A DNA stretch of 64,000 bases from an uncultured virus (IMG/VR IMGVR_UViG_3300025881_001848) (lineage: Duplodnaviria; Heunggongvirae; Uroviricota; Caudoviricetes). The translations under genes and the position numbers were made by a program. Below are positions 38,524-49,027 of this stretch, piece by piece (positions within the stretch are counted from its first letter, which is position 1; each line of letters opens with the position of its first letter). The stretch lies in IMG/VR virus record IMGVR_UViG_3300025881_001848. One strand, 5' to 3'. Under the pieces are notes generated by a model that worked only from the letters and a program-made list of their open reading frames with translations, was not told the origin of the DNA and did not search any database.

Positions 38524-39431
38524 TATTCCTCGATAGGGGTTTCTCGAAGCACTTTGTATAGATAATAAGAGAAGTCTTCATCCATGTTTTCTAGTAGTTC
38601 GTCAGTGTCGCCTAGCACAATAGCTGATTCGCCATCGATAGTCGGTACTGCGATAAAGGTACTTTCTAAATAATCACGATCTTCAGTAACTTCTTTCATA
38701 GTGACCTGTTGGCACAAGTAGAGTGTGTCGCCCTCAAGTTCGGTTTCCTCGCCCTCAATAGTGCCTTGCTCGATATACTCTTGAAAATATGCATCTATGT
38801 CGTCTTCATCGTCACATGCGTAATAAATGCTTTTTACATCTATAATGGCAAAGTCATTGTTTATGTCAATGTGAAACTCCTCGCCACCGGCCACTTCATC
38901 ACCAAACACGTCGAACTCATAAGAGCCTGAGTCATTTTGTGCGAGTCCTTCTTCATTACCTGCTGCGATCTTGTTCTTGACTTCCTCTAGTCCTAATTCA
39001 ATTTCAAGATCAGTGTCACCGGTAATAGTAATGACGCACAACCGGCCTTTTTTAGGCGTAGGCTCACTTGTGTAAGTATAGTCAATGAACTTGTCATCAC
39101 AATACAACTTCCACTCTAAAGCAATATTACATCTATTGCGGATAAGGTTAGCTTGATACTGCGCATCTCCATTGTCTTCTTCTAAGTATCCGATGTTCTC
39201 AATGATCCACATAGGTGCATCAGCAGAGCCAATATTAGCGCGTAGGGTGTAAAAAGGTTTCTTCGCTAGGCCTTTGGCCGTCTGGTAGTCTTTAATGCCT
39301 TGAGCGGCAGCTATGATGTCATAAGCGTTACTTGTGCCCACGTCTCTATGTAGCTTATCTTTAATGCAAGCGACAACAGGGGTAAGTCTTTCTTTGAACT
39401 GCGTTTGGATATTAATAGCTTGATCGTACAT
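38523..39431 (-). CDS. Acidic hypothetical protein with N-terminal small helical module
   Basis: SNAYDIIAAAQGIKDYQTAKG; AAGGA RBS. Confidence 0.7.
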   Translation of the reverse strand: MYDQAINIQTQFKERLTPVVACIKDKLHRDVGTSNAYDIIAAAQGIKDYQTAKGLAKKPFYTLRANIGSADAPMWIIENIGYLEEDNGDAQYQANLIRNRCNIALEWKLYCDDKFIDYTYTSEPTPKKGRLCVITITGDTDLEIELGLEEVKNKIAAGNEEGLAQNDSGSYEFDVFGDEVAGGEEFHIDINNDFAIIDVKSIYYACDDEDDIDAYFQEYIEQGTIEGEETELEGDTLYLCQQVTMKEVTEDRDYLESTFIAVPTIDGESAIVLGDTDELLENMDEDFSYYLYKVLRETPIEE

Positions 39432-39776
39432 AATGAATCCTTAATTATTTGTCGTACTGCGTGGCGTGGTCTATGCGTTAATCACAAGCGGTACGGTGAA
39501 TTAAGTATTAATCACGTATCGTTGAATGAATGATTTACTGCGTTGTATTGCTGTTAATTTACCTTCTCCCCAATCGGGAGGCATAGACGGTTAGCTTAAC
39601 CAGCTAATTGAAAGACATAACACCCTATTGGTATTACGTTGTGCATCAATATAACAAATAATATACGAAAAGCATGGAGGAGTCAATCAAAATATTTCAT
39701 TATGATAATGTTCGAGAGGTGTATTGAAGGGATATCACGTAAAACAAAATAATCTTACGTGAAAGCCTGAGTTTAT

Positions 39777-39965
39777 TTAAGACGTGATAACTTTATGATC
39801 AAAGCGGCAGTAAAGCGCAAACAAATAATATGACATAAGTAAGCCTGATAAACCCAATGCGGATGCTAGTGTAGCAAGTATGCCAAATGTCGTGAGTGTA
39901 GAGATAGCGATAAGTGCAAGTATAAAAGCAGCGAAGGATAGCCCTAAAAATTTCCACATAAACAT
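39777..39965 (-). CDS. Small membrane protein
   Basis: Two hydrophobic helices; AAGGA RBS. Confidence 0.55.
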   Translation of the reverse strand: MFMWKFLGLSFAAFILALIAISTLTTFGILATLASALGLSGLLMSYYLFALYCRFDHKVITS

Positions 39966-40284
39966 ATTTTTATTCCTTTAATGGTGTGACACGAGCCTCA
40001 TGCTCATACCCTTATATTAGCACCTCGCGGAATAAAGAGTAAAGAAGATTTGTTATTTCACATTAATATCATTAGCGCTAAATCTATTTTGATATTAATC
40101 TCATAAGCGCAAAATATATTTAGATATTAATATCATCTTCTTAATTAATCTGTCACCTTAACCCGTGTCATTAACACTAACCTAAACATAAAAATGATTG
40201 ACAAAAAGAACCAGTGTGCTATTATTAACCCATAGATAAACCCGCTAAAACAGGTTATTAAACCCATACATTAAAGGCATAGCC

Positions 40285-41412
40285 ATGAATAACCCAAAGA
40301 CAATGAAAATATACATCACTAAAACGTCGCCGATGGATTTTGTGCTGGGTGGTTATACGCGCTTTACCGTTTGGCTTGGTGCTAAACCCGTATTTAAACC
40401 GCATTCATCGGTAGACGAAAACGGAAATACACGTAAAGAGATTGATTGGGAATTTGGTCGATGGGTAGGTGGAGAAGGGGCACAAGGCAGTATGAGCGCC
40501 AAGATATTTTTCACCGGAGCCAAAGAATCCCCCATTTTAAAAGATATGTGGCGTAAAGTGATGGATAGCTACAGTGTAATAGCTGACGATAGCCAAGATA
40601 TTTATGGCGATGTGAGAAACGCGTACTATGAAGCGGCCAACGATTTACCGCCCGATCCTCATTGGAGTAAAAAGCAAACCCAAGAGCAAGCAGTAGCATC
40701 ATTCCTGTATGGTATTGAAGGGGACAAGGTGCGCGAACAAGCAGTTGAACATAAAGGTCAGGGATGGCGTGAATTTGTGTTGGAATACGATATTGAATTT
40801 GCGGTATCGGTAACCGAAGAGGGCGCACCGCACAATGCCTTTTTAACCAAAGAATATAGCAGCACTGGCTACGCCTTATCGATAGGCAAAGATACTCCTT
40901 ATTTTAGACACGCCATGATCATAGATCCCGCTTTTTCAAACGCACTAAAAAAAGAAGATGTGCGTCCATCGCGTTACGAGATGTCAGCAAGAACCGCGCC
41001 TTTACCTATTATAAAGCACCAGTCACATGTGAGAGAGGTATTGGTACCTGTCGTGGATAAAGCATTTGTCAGCGGCATTAGTCGTGGTGTGGTTATGTAC
41101 CAGAGTTTAGTAAAGGAATTTGTGGAACTTCACCAATCACTCGCGGATAACGTAAAGACAGGCGAGGACTATTTCGCTTTTATCAAAATGCCTGAATTAG
41201 TGGATTATTCAAAAATTGATTTGATAGATGAGGATGAAAATTTAGTCTGGTTTGGCGATGCGACACCGAATGAATTAGCGAACCACCACCTTGAGATGAT
41301 GGCGAGTTGTTATGCAAGTAGCAAAGTAGACGCAAAAGGGCATGGTTTTCACGAATGGGTGAAGCCTGTGCAAGTGAATTTAATATGGGAAGCCCCCGAA
41401 ACGAGTAACTAA
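40285..41412 (+). CDS. Hypothetical protein with internal duplication
   Basis: HKGQGWREFV versus AKGHGFHEWV; follows promoter 40198. Confidence 0.75.
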   Translation: MNNPKTMKIYITKTSPMDFVLGGYTRFTVWLGAKPVFKPHSSVDENGNTRKEIDWEFGRWVGGEGAQGSMSAKIFFTGAKESPILKDMWRKVMDSYSVIADDSQDIYGDVRNAYYEAANDLPPDPHWSKKQTQEQAVASFLYGIEGDKVREQAVEHKGQGWREFVLEYDIEFAVSVTEEGAPHNAFLTKEYSSTGYALSIGKDTPYFRHAMIIDPAFSNALKKEDVRPSRYEMSARTAPLPIIKHQSHVREVLVPVVDKAFVSGISRGVVMYQSLVKEFVELHQSLADNVKTGEDYFAFIKMPELVDYSKIDLIDEDENLVWFGDATPNELANHHLEMMASCYASSKVDAKGHGFHEWVKPVQVNLIWEAPETSN

Positions 41413-41427
41413 ACCAAGAGGTGATCA

Positions 41428-41844
41428 ATGTATAAGTTGTTATTGATAAGTATTGTTGTCCTGATAATGTCAGGTTGTGCGACACCCCGTGAATATTCCG
41501 AATTTGAACATTCTGTATCGATGTCAGAATTATCGGAGGATCTATTTAAACCGACAAGCTGGCTGGAAGATCCTGCCGTGTACAGTTTACAGGTAATTGC
41601 TAATAACAGAGTGAGTGTGCGGATGTGCCAGTCAGTCTCTGCTGAAACAAGGGAGTTGTCTTATGCGTCAGAAAAGGAATTTATGTCAATCTTTTACGCT
41701 GTTTATGAAATTGAAAAAGGATCACCCATGGAGACGCTAACTAATCGTTATCTAGCAGAGCTTGAGCGTCGATACCAACGGGATTTTACCGCCGAAAAAT
41801 GCCAACGTTTGCGCGGCGACGTAATAGTTGCAATTACCGGATAA
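41428..41844 (+). CDS. Putative lipoprotein
   Basis: Lipobox IMSG|C. Confidence 0.7.
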   Translation: MYKLLLISIVVLIMSGCATPREYSEFEHSVSMSELSEDLFKPTSWLEDPAVYSLQVIANNRVSVRMCQSVSAETRELSYASEKEFMSIFYAVYEIEKGSPMETLTNRYLAELERRYQRDFTAEKCQRLRGDVIVAITG

Positions 41845-41881
41845 AGTCAGTATTTTTGTGTAAAATAGCTTGGAGAGTTAA

Positions 41882-42982
41882 ATGAAAAAGCACCACTTTC
41901 ACCCTACTTGGTTTGAATCGAGTAGACCTGCATCAAAATTTAGCGCGAAAATGGTCGCCCAAGAGGGTAGGACTCATAACTCTATGATAGCGATAAATGA
42001 GCGAATAATACGTGAATGGAATAATGCACTGTTAACGAAACGTGTTCATAAAGACGATATAAAAACTGATGTGATGAAAGAAATAAGCCTTCACACCTAT
42101 TACGCAGGATATGCAGCAGCAGGTAAAAACTTGTTTAATATCACGCCGACATTAGGCGAGATGCTACTTAAGACTAGTGCTGCCGAAGTGCCTATTTCAG
42201 CCATTAAATCGCCCTACTCAGATTATTATATTCACTTTCACAAAACCTTTCTGTGGGGAACTACAGCGCTTGAAGGTGCATATATAGTTGATGATCCTGA
42301 AATACCTTTTTTACAAGTGTGTGTAGTCGTGAAGCCAAGCATCACTGAATCCCATTGGATGGCTTCCCCTGCGCCCTATTTGTTTATCCCTATTTCTAGA
42401 GAAGTGGATGCTCCATTAGGCGAACTAGTGAGTAAAGCCATTGATGCCGAAATAATATCGAAGTGGGAGTCAGTTGAAAAAGCCATTTCGGCAATAGGAT
42501 TCGACTTCAATGATGTTAGGCAGTCCAGGGCAAAGCGTGAATCAATGGATTTAAGCTCTGCTAGAGATTCGCTTGAAAATGTGCTGAGCTACATTGCCAA
42601 CTGTCTTTGCTACCTAACATCCCAACCTAGTGAAGAAAAGCGCTACCCAGATTCCGCACCCGCCTCTATGGTAGAAAAAGTGATAAACGCTAGTACTTTG
42701 AAGAATAAAAATAGAGCAAAAAGCAAGCTGAACGCACAAGGGTATCATCCGATTGTATACGTTGGTAGCCATGTTCAGCTATTACAGAATGAGCATGATG
42801 GCGAGTCTAAAGGCGGGTCGGTCACAACCCATTGGAGACGAGGGCATTGGCGTCAACAGAGGCACGGCGAGGGTGCTATAGAAGTTAAGCTAATATGGAT
42901 AAAACCTACTTTGGTGGCCGGCGAAAAGAATGACGATGAAGTCGAAATGAGAGGTGATAGAGAGTATCGCGTTAAGAACTGA
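41882..42982 (+). CDS. Hypothetical protein with C-terminal HWRRGHWR motif
   Basis: THWRRGHWRQQRHG...LIWIKPTLV. Confidence 0.75.
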   Translation: MKKHHFHPTWFESSRPASKFSAKMVAQEGRTHNSMIAINERIIREWNNALLTKRVHKDDIKTDVMKEISLHTYYAGYAAAGKNLFNITPTLGEMLLKTSAAEVPISAIKSPYSDYYIHFHKTFLWGTTALEGAYIVDDPEIPFLQVCVVVKPSITESHWMASPAPYLFIPISREVDAPLGELVSKAIDAEIISKWESVEKAISAIGFDFNDVRQSRAKRESMDLSSARDSLENVLSYIANCLCYLTSQPSEEKRYPDSAPASMVEKVINASTLKNKNRAKSKLNAQGYHPIVYVGSHVQLLQNEHDGESKGGSVTTHWRRGHWRQQRHGEGAIEVKLIWIKPTLVAGEKNDDEVEMRGDREYRVKN

Positions 42983-43121
42983 TTATTAAGAATAAATGAT
43001 TGACAAATACGTTCGATCTGGTATGCTTATTATACTGAGTTAGCAAACGAGTCCTATAGGACTTTGTGCTATGACGGTGGCTGCATTAAGCTATCTATAA
43101 ACCACACATGAAAGGCATATT

Positions 43122-43319
43122 ATGAAACATGGTGAAGACTGGCCGGAAGGCGCAATCATTGAGATGTTCGATGAGCAATTACGGATCATAAAGAACTGGG
43201 GGACTCAAGGTGAAGTTGAGTACCTTGATGGCGAATTTGTCAGCAGCTCTTTTTATTGGGAATACCAAGGTGTAAAAGCCACGCTTATTTCCCTACCAGA
43301 ACCAGCCAAAGAGTTATAG
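43122..43319 (+). CDS. Hypothetical protein
   Basis: Follows promoter 43000; CACAC..AAGG RBS. Confidence 0.6.
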   Translation: MKHGEDWPEGAIIEMFDEQLRIIKNWGTQGEVEYLDGEFVSSSFYWEYQGVKATLISLPEPAKEL

Positions 43320-43323
43320 CATC

Positions 43324-43605
43324 ATGGGTACTTACGATAATGAAGCGGGTATTTTTATATTTGATCAAGCGGTCATGGATGCACATTGGCTTGAGCATGA
43401 GCCTTCAGGCCAAGTGTTTATCATTGGACGCAGTGGTGATGGCTTTGAAAGTCATGGCGGCGATGGTGATGAATTGGAGGCCTTGTTGTTCACAATGACT
43501 GACGAGCAGTTGAGTGATGAGACTCTTATGTCAGAAAACGAATTTGCCCTTGTGCCTGATAGTTTAAGGCGTTATAACGAAGAATCGGGGTATTATCATG
43601 CTTGA
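43324..43605 (+). CDS. Acidic hypothetical protein
   Basis: Operon context. Confidence 0.6.
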   Translation: MGTYDNEAGIFIFDQAVMDAHWLEHEPSGQVFIIGRSGDGFESHGGDGDELEALLFTMTDEQLSDETLMSENEFALVPDSLRRYNEESGYYHA

Positions 43606-43885
43606 TTGTAAATCACCAGAAGAAAGATTAGGCTTGCTAAGCGAGGCAATTAACGATACAAGCGGATCAATGACTGATGATTTAGAGTCTGAGGTGCGTG
43701 TTTTTCACCGCGTGTTAACCGGCATGTACAATATACTCACACCTGAACAGGTAGATGTTATGTTGGCGTATGTGTTACATCTTATTGAAGATGATGACGA
43801 GCAATTGATGACGGGTGCCGAAGAAGATGCTAAAGACGTACTGATTGCCAATCTTAAAGCCGCTGTAAAAACGACTCATTCGTAG
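43598..43885 (+). CDS. Hypothetical protein
   Basis: Operon context. Confidence 0.6.
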   Translation: MLDCKSPEERLGLLSEAINDTSGSMTDDLESEVRVFHRVLTGMYNILTPEQVDVMLAYVLHLIEDDDEQLMTGAEEDAKDVLIANLKAAVKTTHS

Positions 43886-43897
43886 AGAGGAAAGCTA

Positions 43898-44131
43898 ATG
43901 TTATTATCTATTGCAATTGAACCTAGTGTGCCGGTGGAAGATATCCCCGAAGATGATCTCGATATCATTGGTGAGCACACTATCAAAGTGTCGGGTGATG
44001 TTGATGTTGATGATGTCCTTGAGCTGCAAGAAGCAGCACTTACACAAGTACATGAAGAATTCCCAATGAAGCTGCCCGAACAGTTCCATATTGAAATTTA
44101 CCATGAAGGTAAAATGATCCACCCTGCGTGA
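43898..44131 (+). CDS. Acidic hypothetical protein
   Basis: GAGGA RBS. Confidence 0.6.
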   Translation: MLLSIAIEPSVPVEDIPEDDLDIIGEHTIKVSGDVDVDDVLELQEAALTQVHEEFPMKLPEQFHIEIYHEGKMIHPA

Positions 44132-44165
44132 TAGTATTTCAGTAGTAGTTTACCAAGGAATACGT

Positions 44166-44465
44166 ATGAATTTTTTAGAATGGGTGGGGATAATTTCCCT
44201 TAGCCTCATTGCACTGTCAATTTTATCTTATATCGCGGTCATCTTTATCAAGTTGCATCGTGAAAATAAAGTGGCGTACATCAAAAATGATTTAGCCAGT
44301 ATTGTGAATATGCTAGATGATAAGTTCTCTCCAGAAGACACACTGGGTGTAGAGGCAGTTAGGGATTTATTAGTTCATGTGCACACGGGTTACATGTTTA
44401 GTTTAGTGAATTTTGAATTGAACAACCAAAATGATAAAGAGCCTGCACCGCCATCTCGCGATTAA
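44166..44465 (+). CDS. Membrane-anchored hypothetical protein (paralog of 2917..3222)
   Basis: N-terminal TM; MLDDKFSPEDT. Confidence 0.65.
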   Translation: MNFLEWVGIISLSLIALSILSYIAVIFIKLHRENKVAYIKNDLASIVNMLDDKFSPEDTLGVEAVRDLLVHVHTGYMFSLVNFELNNQNDKEPAPPSRD

Positions 44466-44723
44466 GTTGCCAATTCAGATTTAAGTGGCGTTGCGATAGC
44501 TTACAATTAGTGGCGCGGGTACACCAAAAGTTCTGCATAGCGAGGGTGTTGGTAGTTGACCTTGAATGACCAGCCGCCATGTCGTCTCCCTAGCCAAACG
44601 CGGTAACCTTTATCGTCGTGCTGAATATAATTATAACTAAACTGACTATATGCAAGGTGTGTCGTCCCTGGTGGTGGTGATGCAAGTAGTTCCTCAACCG
44701 TGTACGTCCTCATTGCATCAACC

Positions 44724-44924
44724 TTATGATCCCTCTTCGGAATTTTGTTCAAGTTCATCTACTTTGTGTGTTAGCAGCTTTACTGAAGCGTTAGCCAGTT
44801 CAAGCTCTAACAAGATCCTTTCTACCGCCTTAGATGTTGTGCTTTCAGGTGTAGTACAATAGTCTTCTACTAGCGAAGCGATAATGTTAAGTTCAGCAGT
44901 ATTGATTTTCTCTTGGCTTGCCAT
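44724..44924 (-). CDS. Small hypothetical protein
   Basis: 66-aa ORF. Confidence 0.5.
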   Translation of the reverse strand: MASQEKINTAELNIIASLVEDYCTTPESTTSKAVERILLELELANASVKLLTHKVDELEQNSEEGS

Positions 44925-45156
44925 TTTGGGTTATTTCCACACGTTAAATAAAGGTTGGTTTTTCTGTGTGTTGACAGGTTATCATAGTAATTGTTTTTGT
45001 CCATCACTCGTGAAAATACGGCGGTGTTAGGTGTAATAAGGATATATTGCACACAAGTAAAAACGATTGACAAATTTATCAAAATGAACTACACTGTATT
45101 TATCAATTGGCAATGCGTTGCCACCTTAAATTTATCACGCACATTAGGAAGATATT

Positions 45157-46587
45157 ATGTCTTTTCGTCAATTTATTTCACGTAAGCATCGTTATGCTGT
45201 TAAGCACTTAAAAAGTGGGGCTGCCCGTATTTACGTGCAAAACGCTGAAGCATTGCGCAGTGCCGGATTCTTATCTAATAGCTCTATTCGTATAGTAAAC
45301 AAACGCAATCGCATTGAAGTGCATTTAGATCCCAATGGTAGCAAGAAAATCATGGATACAGGCCGTGGTGAGCTGTTAGAGCTTAAAAACAAAGATACCG
45401 CTAAATCTGTCGGGGATACACAATTCGTGTCCGTGACGTTCCGTATGGGTGTTGTGATCATCGCCGTGCATGGCATGACTGAAAAGCAGCAAGTGCGTGA
45501 AGCTGGTTTGATCAATAAAGTGTTAAAGGGGGAGCCGCTTCGTAAAGGTTGTTTCTTCTCTGGTTTAGGCATGTTGAGCTTAAGCTTAAAAGAAGGGCTT
45601 GAAGCGCAGGGGATTAAATCTCAAATTGCCTTTGCGAATGATAATAACGAACTTGCTATGGCATGTAACGTAGAGGGTAATCCTATGTGGAATAATCCCA
45701 CTTCCGATGCATCGGTGGTGGTAGATGATTTACACGCGGTGGATATAGATAGCTTGCCTGTTGTGGACTTAGCCACGGTTAGTTACCCCTGTGTTGGTTT
45801 TTCGTTATTAGCACAAGCTGACAAACAAGACTTATTGCACCCTGATTGTGGCACCTTATTTATCCCACTTATCAACGCGCTTCGCAAGATGAACCCAGCG
45901 GTAATTGTATTTGAAAACACGCCCCGTTTTGGCACATCAACGACGCTTGATATGATTAAGCGAGCGATGCCTGATTACCACTTTACCCAATCCGTATTTG
46001 ATGGCCATGATTTTAATGAGCTTGAATCAAGAAAGCGTATTTGTGTGGTGGCTACCAGCAAAGGTCTACCGGCGTTTGATTTAAGCAATGTGACGTCATT
46101 GTTTGCGCATGAAGCGCCAGCGAAAATAAGTGATCATTTGAGTACTATTGACAGTGAAGCTGCATGCTGGCGCACAATGGAACATGTAAAAGCCCGTGAC
46201 GATATGAAGCATCTTGGGTATCGCAACTGCCTGTATTATGGTAATGAAACAAAAATGGTGACACTCCCTGCATCGTATAGCTCTCCAAAGGCCGGAACGC
46301 CGATGATAGCGCATCCAACAAAGACTGATTATCAGCGACAAGTGCAAGTAGATGAGCATGTTAGTTTACGTGCCTTACCGACACGCTTAGGCTGTGTTAT
46401 CCTTGATGTGTGGAAAGGTGTTCACCCGTTGGTGAGTGCCCGAGGTAGCGCTACAGCTGCGCACAGATTACTTGGTAACGGTGTGTCTCGAAAAGTCTGG
46501 AAAAGCATTGGTAACCATCTTGGTCTTTACCTAAACAGTGTTGCTGATATACATTCAGGTGAAGGGCAACTTGATTATGTGAGGTAG
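45157..46587 (+). CDS. Orphan DNA (cytosine-5) methyltransferase with N-terminal extension
   Basis: Motif I FFSGLG, motif IV SYPC, motif VI FENT, motif VIII ESRKR, motif X LLGNGV; no adjacent restriction endonuclease. Confidence 0.85.
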   Translation: MSFRQFISRKHRYAVKHLKSGAARIYVQNAEALRSAGFLSNSSIRIVNKRNRIEVHLDPNGSKKIMDTGRGELLELKNKDTAKSVGDTQFVSVTFRMGVVIIAVHGMTEKQQVREAGLINKVLKGEPLRKGCFFSGLGMLSLSLKEGLEAQGIKSQIAFANDNNELAMACNVEGNPMWNNPTSDASVVVDDLHAVDIDSLPVVDLATVSYPCVGFSLLAQADKQDLLHPDCGTLFIPLINALRKMNPAVIVFENTPRFGTSTTLDMIKRAMPDYHFTQSVFDGHDFNELESRKRICVVATSKGLPAFDLSNVTSLFAHEAPAKISDHLSTIDSEAACWRTMEHVKARDDMKHLGYRNCLYYGNETKMVTLPASYSSPKAGTPMIAHPTKTDYQRQVQVDEHVSLRALPTRLGCVILDVWKGVHPLVSARGSATAAHRLLGNGVSRKVWKSIGNHLGLYLNSVADIHSGEGQLDYVR

Positions 46588-46594
46588 TGGGAAA

Positions 46595-46789
46595 ATGGCT
46601 AGATTTGAAGTGCATAGTTTTGAACTGAATTCAAAAAAAGTGGTTGATGGGCAAGGCATTGTCGAAGCGATGCTGGACTATCTCCCTTGGCCTACGGTCA
46701 ATGTCAATGTTCAATGGAACCCGTCAAGCGGGGTTTATAATGTGATGGACAATCAAACAGATTTTAAATATGAGGTCAGGTTATTGTAA
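46595..46789 (+). CDS. Hypothetical protein
   Basis: Operon context. Confidence 0.6.
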   Translation: MARFEVHSFELNSKKVVDGQGIVEAMLDYLPWPTVNVNVQWNPSSGVYNVMDNQTDFKYEVRLL

Positions 46790-46829
46790 CTGTCATTGTT
46801 AATGACATTCTTGGAAATAGGGATAAATA

Positions 46830-47042
46830 ATGGCAAAAGTAGTGTCACTAACCAGTATAAATAGTCAGAAAAGACTTGCTTTAAAATCACAGCTTGCTGA
46901 AATAAACAGTGCGCTTGATGTTATTGGTGAAAAAGAAAAAGAGCTTCGTTCACAGCGAAATTCACTTGAACGCCAGCTATATACGTCAACAGAGCAAGCA
47001 GAAATTAATATTAAGCGTGAAGCCGACAAATTAACATGGTGA
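46830..47042 (+). CDS. Small coiled-coil protein
   Basis: Heptad-like composition. Confidence 0.6.
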   Translation: MAKVVSLTSINSQKRLALKSQLAEINSALDVIGEKEKELRSQRNSLERQLYTSTEQAEINIKREADKLTW

Positions 47043-47053
47043 AATAGGGGTGA

Positions 47054-47599
47054 TTGATGAGTAGTTCGCATTCAGAGTTGTTGGAAGCATTGAAATTGGC
47101 CTTTTGCCACATGCCTGAGAACGTGTTTTTAACCCAAAGAGAATACGCAGAGAATCTACCTAAAATAAAAGAAGAGGTTAATATTGTTCGCAATATATTA
47201 ATGGCTAATGGTGTCGATCCAGATAAGTTGTACAATGAAATGAATCCTGTATTGGCGAAACCTATCCATTCGAACAGCAATGTTAAGGCAACTGTTGGCG
47301 AGGGTATTGCCCTTCAAGCATCAAAGTTGGAGCATACCGAGGTTGGCGTATTGTTTGATAGGGATAATGTAGATACTTACCCTCCTGAATTCACTTTTGT
47401 TGTCATAAATATATTGGAGAATGTACCTGTCTATTACGATAGAAAAAAGAATACATGGTGGACTGCTATCGCTGAGAAAGGGTCGGTCGATATTTTTGCG
47501 AGAGACGAATTGTATTATGTAGATATGAGTGAAGAGAAAATTTATTGGCAACCAATATCGTTTACGAAAGCGCAGACATTATTCATACCAGCTAAGTGA
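47054..47599 (+). CDS. Hypothetical protein
   Basis: 181-aa ORF. Confidence 0.6.
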   Translation: MMSSSHSELLEALKLAFCHMPENVFLTQREYAENLPKIKEEVNIVRNILMANGVDPDKLYNEMNPVLAKPIHSNSNVKATVGEGIALQASKLEHTEVGVLFDRDNVDTYPPEFTFVVINILENVPVYYDRKKNTWWTAIAEKGSVDIFARDELYYVDMSEEKIYWQPISFTKAQTLFIPAK

Positions 47600-47609
47600 T
47601 GCTTGCCCG

Positions 47610-48071
47610 TTAGGCTTTATACACTAGTTCATTAACACCTTGTCGATAAAGATTCGGGATCTCACTATGAAGTGTGAAGCCTTTCGCCATAAGTACCGGC
47701 GATACGGCAGCATCGTTCTCAGGGGTTACTGTGAAAAAAACGCGATCTGAATTCAACTTAATCATAGTCGCGTCAACCAACTTTTCAGCCACCCCAAGTC
47801 CTCTGTATTGAGTGCACACAAATAGTGTCGATAGTTTGTCCTCAAGGCCGTCATGTTTCAATATAGCAATGCCTGCTGGGGCATCATCAATACTCGCCAC
47901 CAATAGTGTTCTTGTGTTTGTGTGAAGCGCCGGTGTGACGGTGTGGTAAAACCATCGATTGAATGATGGGTACAGATAGCTGGTGTGGTGAATAAAGCCT
48001 GTCAACAAGGCTAGCGAGAAGTTATTATCTTCCGTTACGATGATATCAGCTTTACGAATTACCCCACTCAT
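47610..48071 (-). CDS. GNAT-family N-acetyltransferase
   Basis: KLSTLFV..QYRGLGVA acetyl-CoA motif A; C-terminal YRQGVNELVY. Confidence 0.85.
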   Translation of the reverse strand: MSGVIRKADIIVTEDNNFSLALLTGFIHHTSYLYPSFNRWFYHTVTPALHTNTRTLLVASIDDAPAGIAILKHDGLEDKLSTLFVCTQYRGLGVAEKLVDATMIKLNSDRVFFTVTPENDAAVSPVLMAKGFTLHSEIPNLYRQGVNELVYKA

Positions 48072-48074
48072 GCA

Positions 48075-48899
48075 TTAACTCAGCACAAGACGCAGGGGTG
48101 TTTGCTTGACCTTAATACTGTATGTCACTAATGTGCCCACACTGTATGTCACGCTCGGTATTTCATCCACGTCGATATCCGCAAAGGTTATTCTGTTGGC
48201 CGTATCTGCGATTTTATGTATCATCAAATCGGATACGTGATGCAATATCCAAGCGCCATCAAGGCGTTTGGATGGGTTATACCCCAAAAGTTCAATGAGG
48301 TTGGTTGTAGGCGTTGCTGCAATGTGCGTCAGTGGTTCTTTAGGGAACATTCTGTCAAATAAAGCTGTAATATCACTTGATAATAAATCCACCGCATCAT
48401 CATCACCTAAATCAATGCGCTGGTTGTGCCTTTTGAGAAAATAGTTGTGAGAAACAACCACAGATTCATCGTTGTTGCTTTTGTCAATTTCGATTTGCGC
48501 TTCAAACATGAGTTGGATATTAAAATCATTATTGTCGTTGGACGTATAGGTTATAATTGGGAACCATAGCGAAACATTGGTTTCACTAGTATGCCCAAGT
48601 CTGAGCATAACAAACGGCATATCGAAGTGGCTAGCTTGAACAATGGCATGCGGAATTTCGCTTGCTTTGCGTGTGCGCCGCGTTGCATCAGCTAAGGCGT
48701 GTTTATCGGAAAATCCGAATGTGGCCGCAATAAAGCTATTCAGCGCATCGCTATCTAGTGAGTTACCCGAAGCGCCCTTGTATATTTCGTTGATGTGATA
48801 TCGTAAAGCAGTCATTTCTGCTGGGTTTTTAACATTCTGTTTGAGCGCAGTTTGCAGTGTTTTTTTAATATTTATATCCACAATATCCTCCATGATCAA
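48075..48899 (-). CDS. Hypothetical protein
   Basis: 274 aa; DALNSFIAATFGFSDKHAL module. Confidence 0.65.
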   Translation of the reverse strand: MIMEDIVDINIKKTLQTALKQNVKNPAEMTALRYHINEIYKGASGNSLDSDALNSFIAATFGFSDKHALADATRRTRKASEIPHAIVQASHFDMPFVMLRLGHTSETNVSLWFPIITYTSNDNNDFNIQLMFEAQIEIDKSNNDESVVVSHNYFLKRHNQRIDLGDDDAVDLLSSDITALFDRMFPKEPLTHIAATPTTNLIELLGYNPSKRLDGAWILHHVSDLMIHKIADTANRITFADIDVDEIPSVTYSVGTLVTYSIKVKQTPLRLVLS

Positions 48900-49027
48900 T
48901 GCGGCTCCCTTGAGCGGGATTATATTTTGATATTATCATAATAATCGCACTATATAACAGTAAAAATGATTGACAAATTATCATAATGAGTTATAATGAA
49001 CATTCAATCACACACAGGAGAAACATC

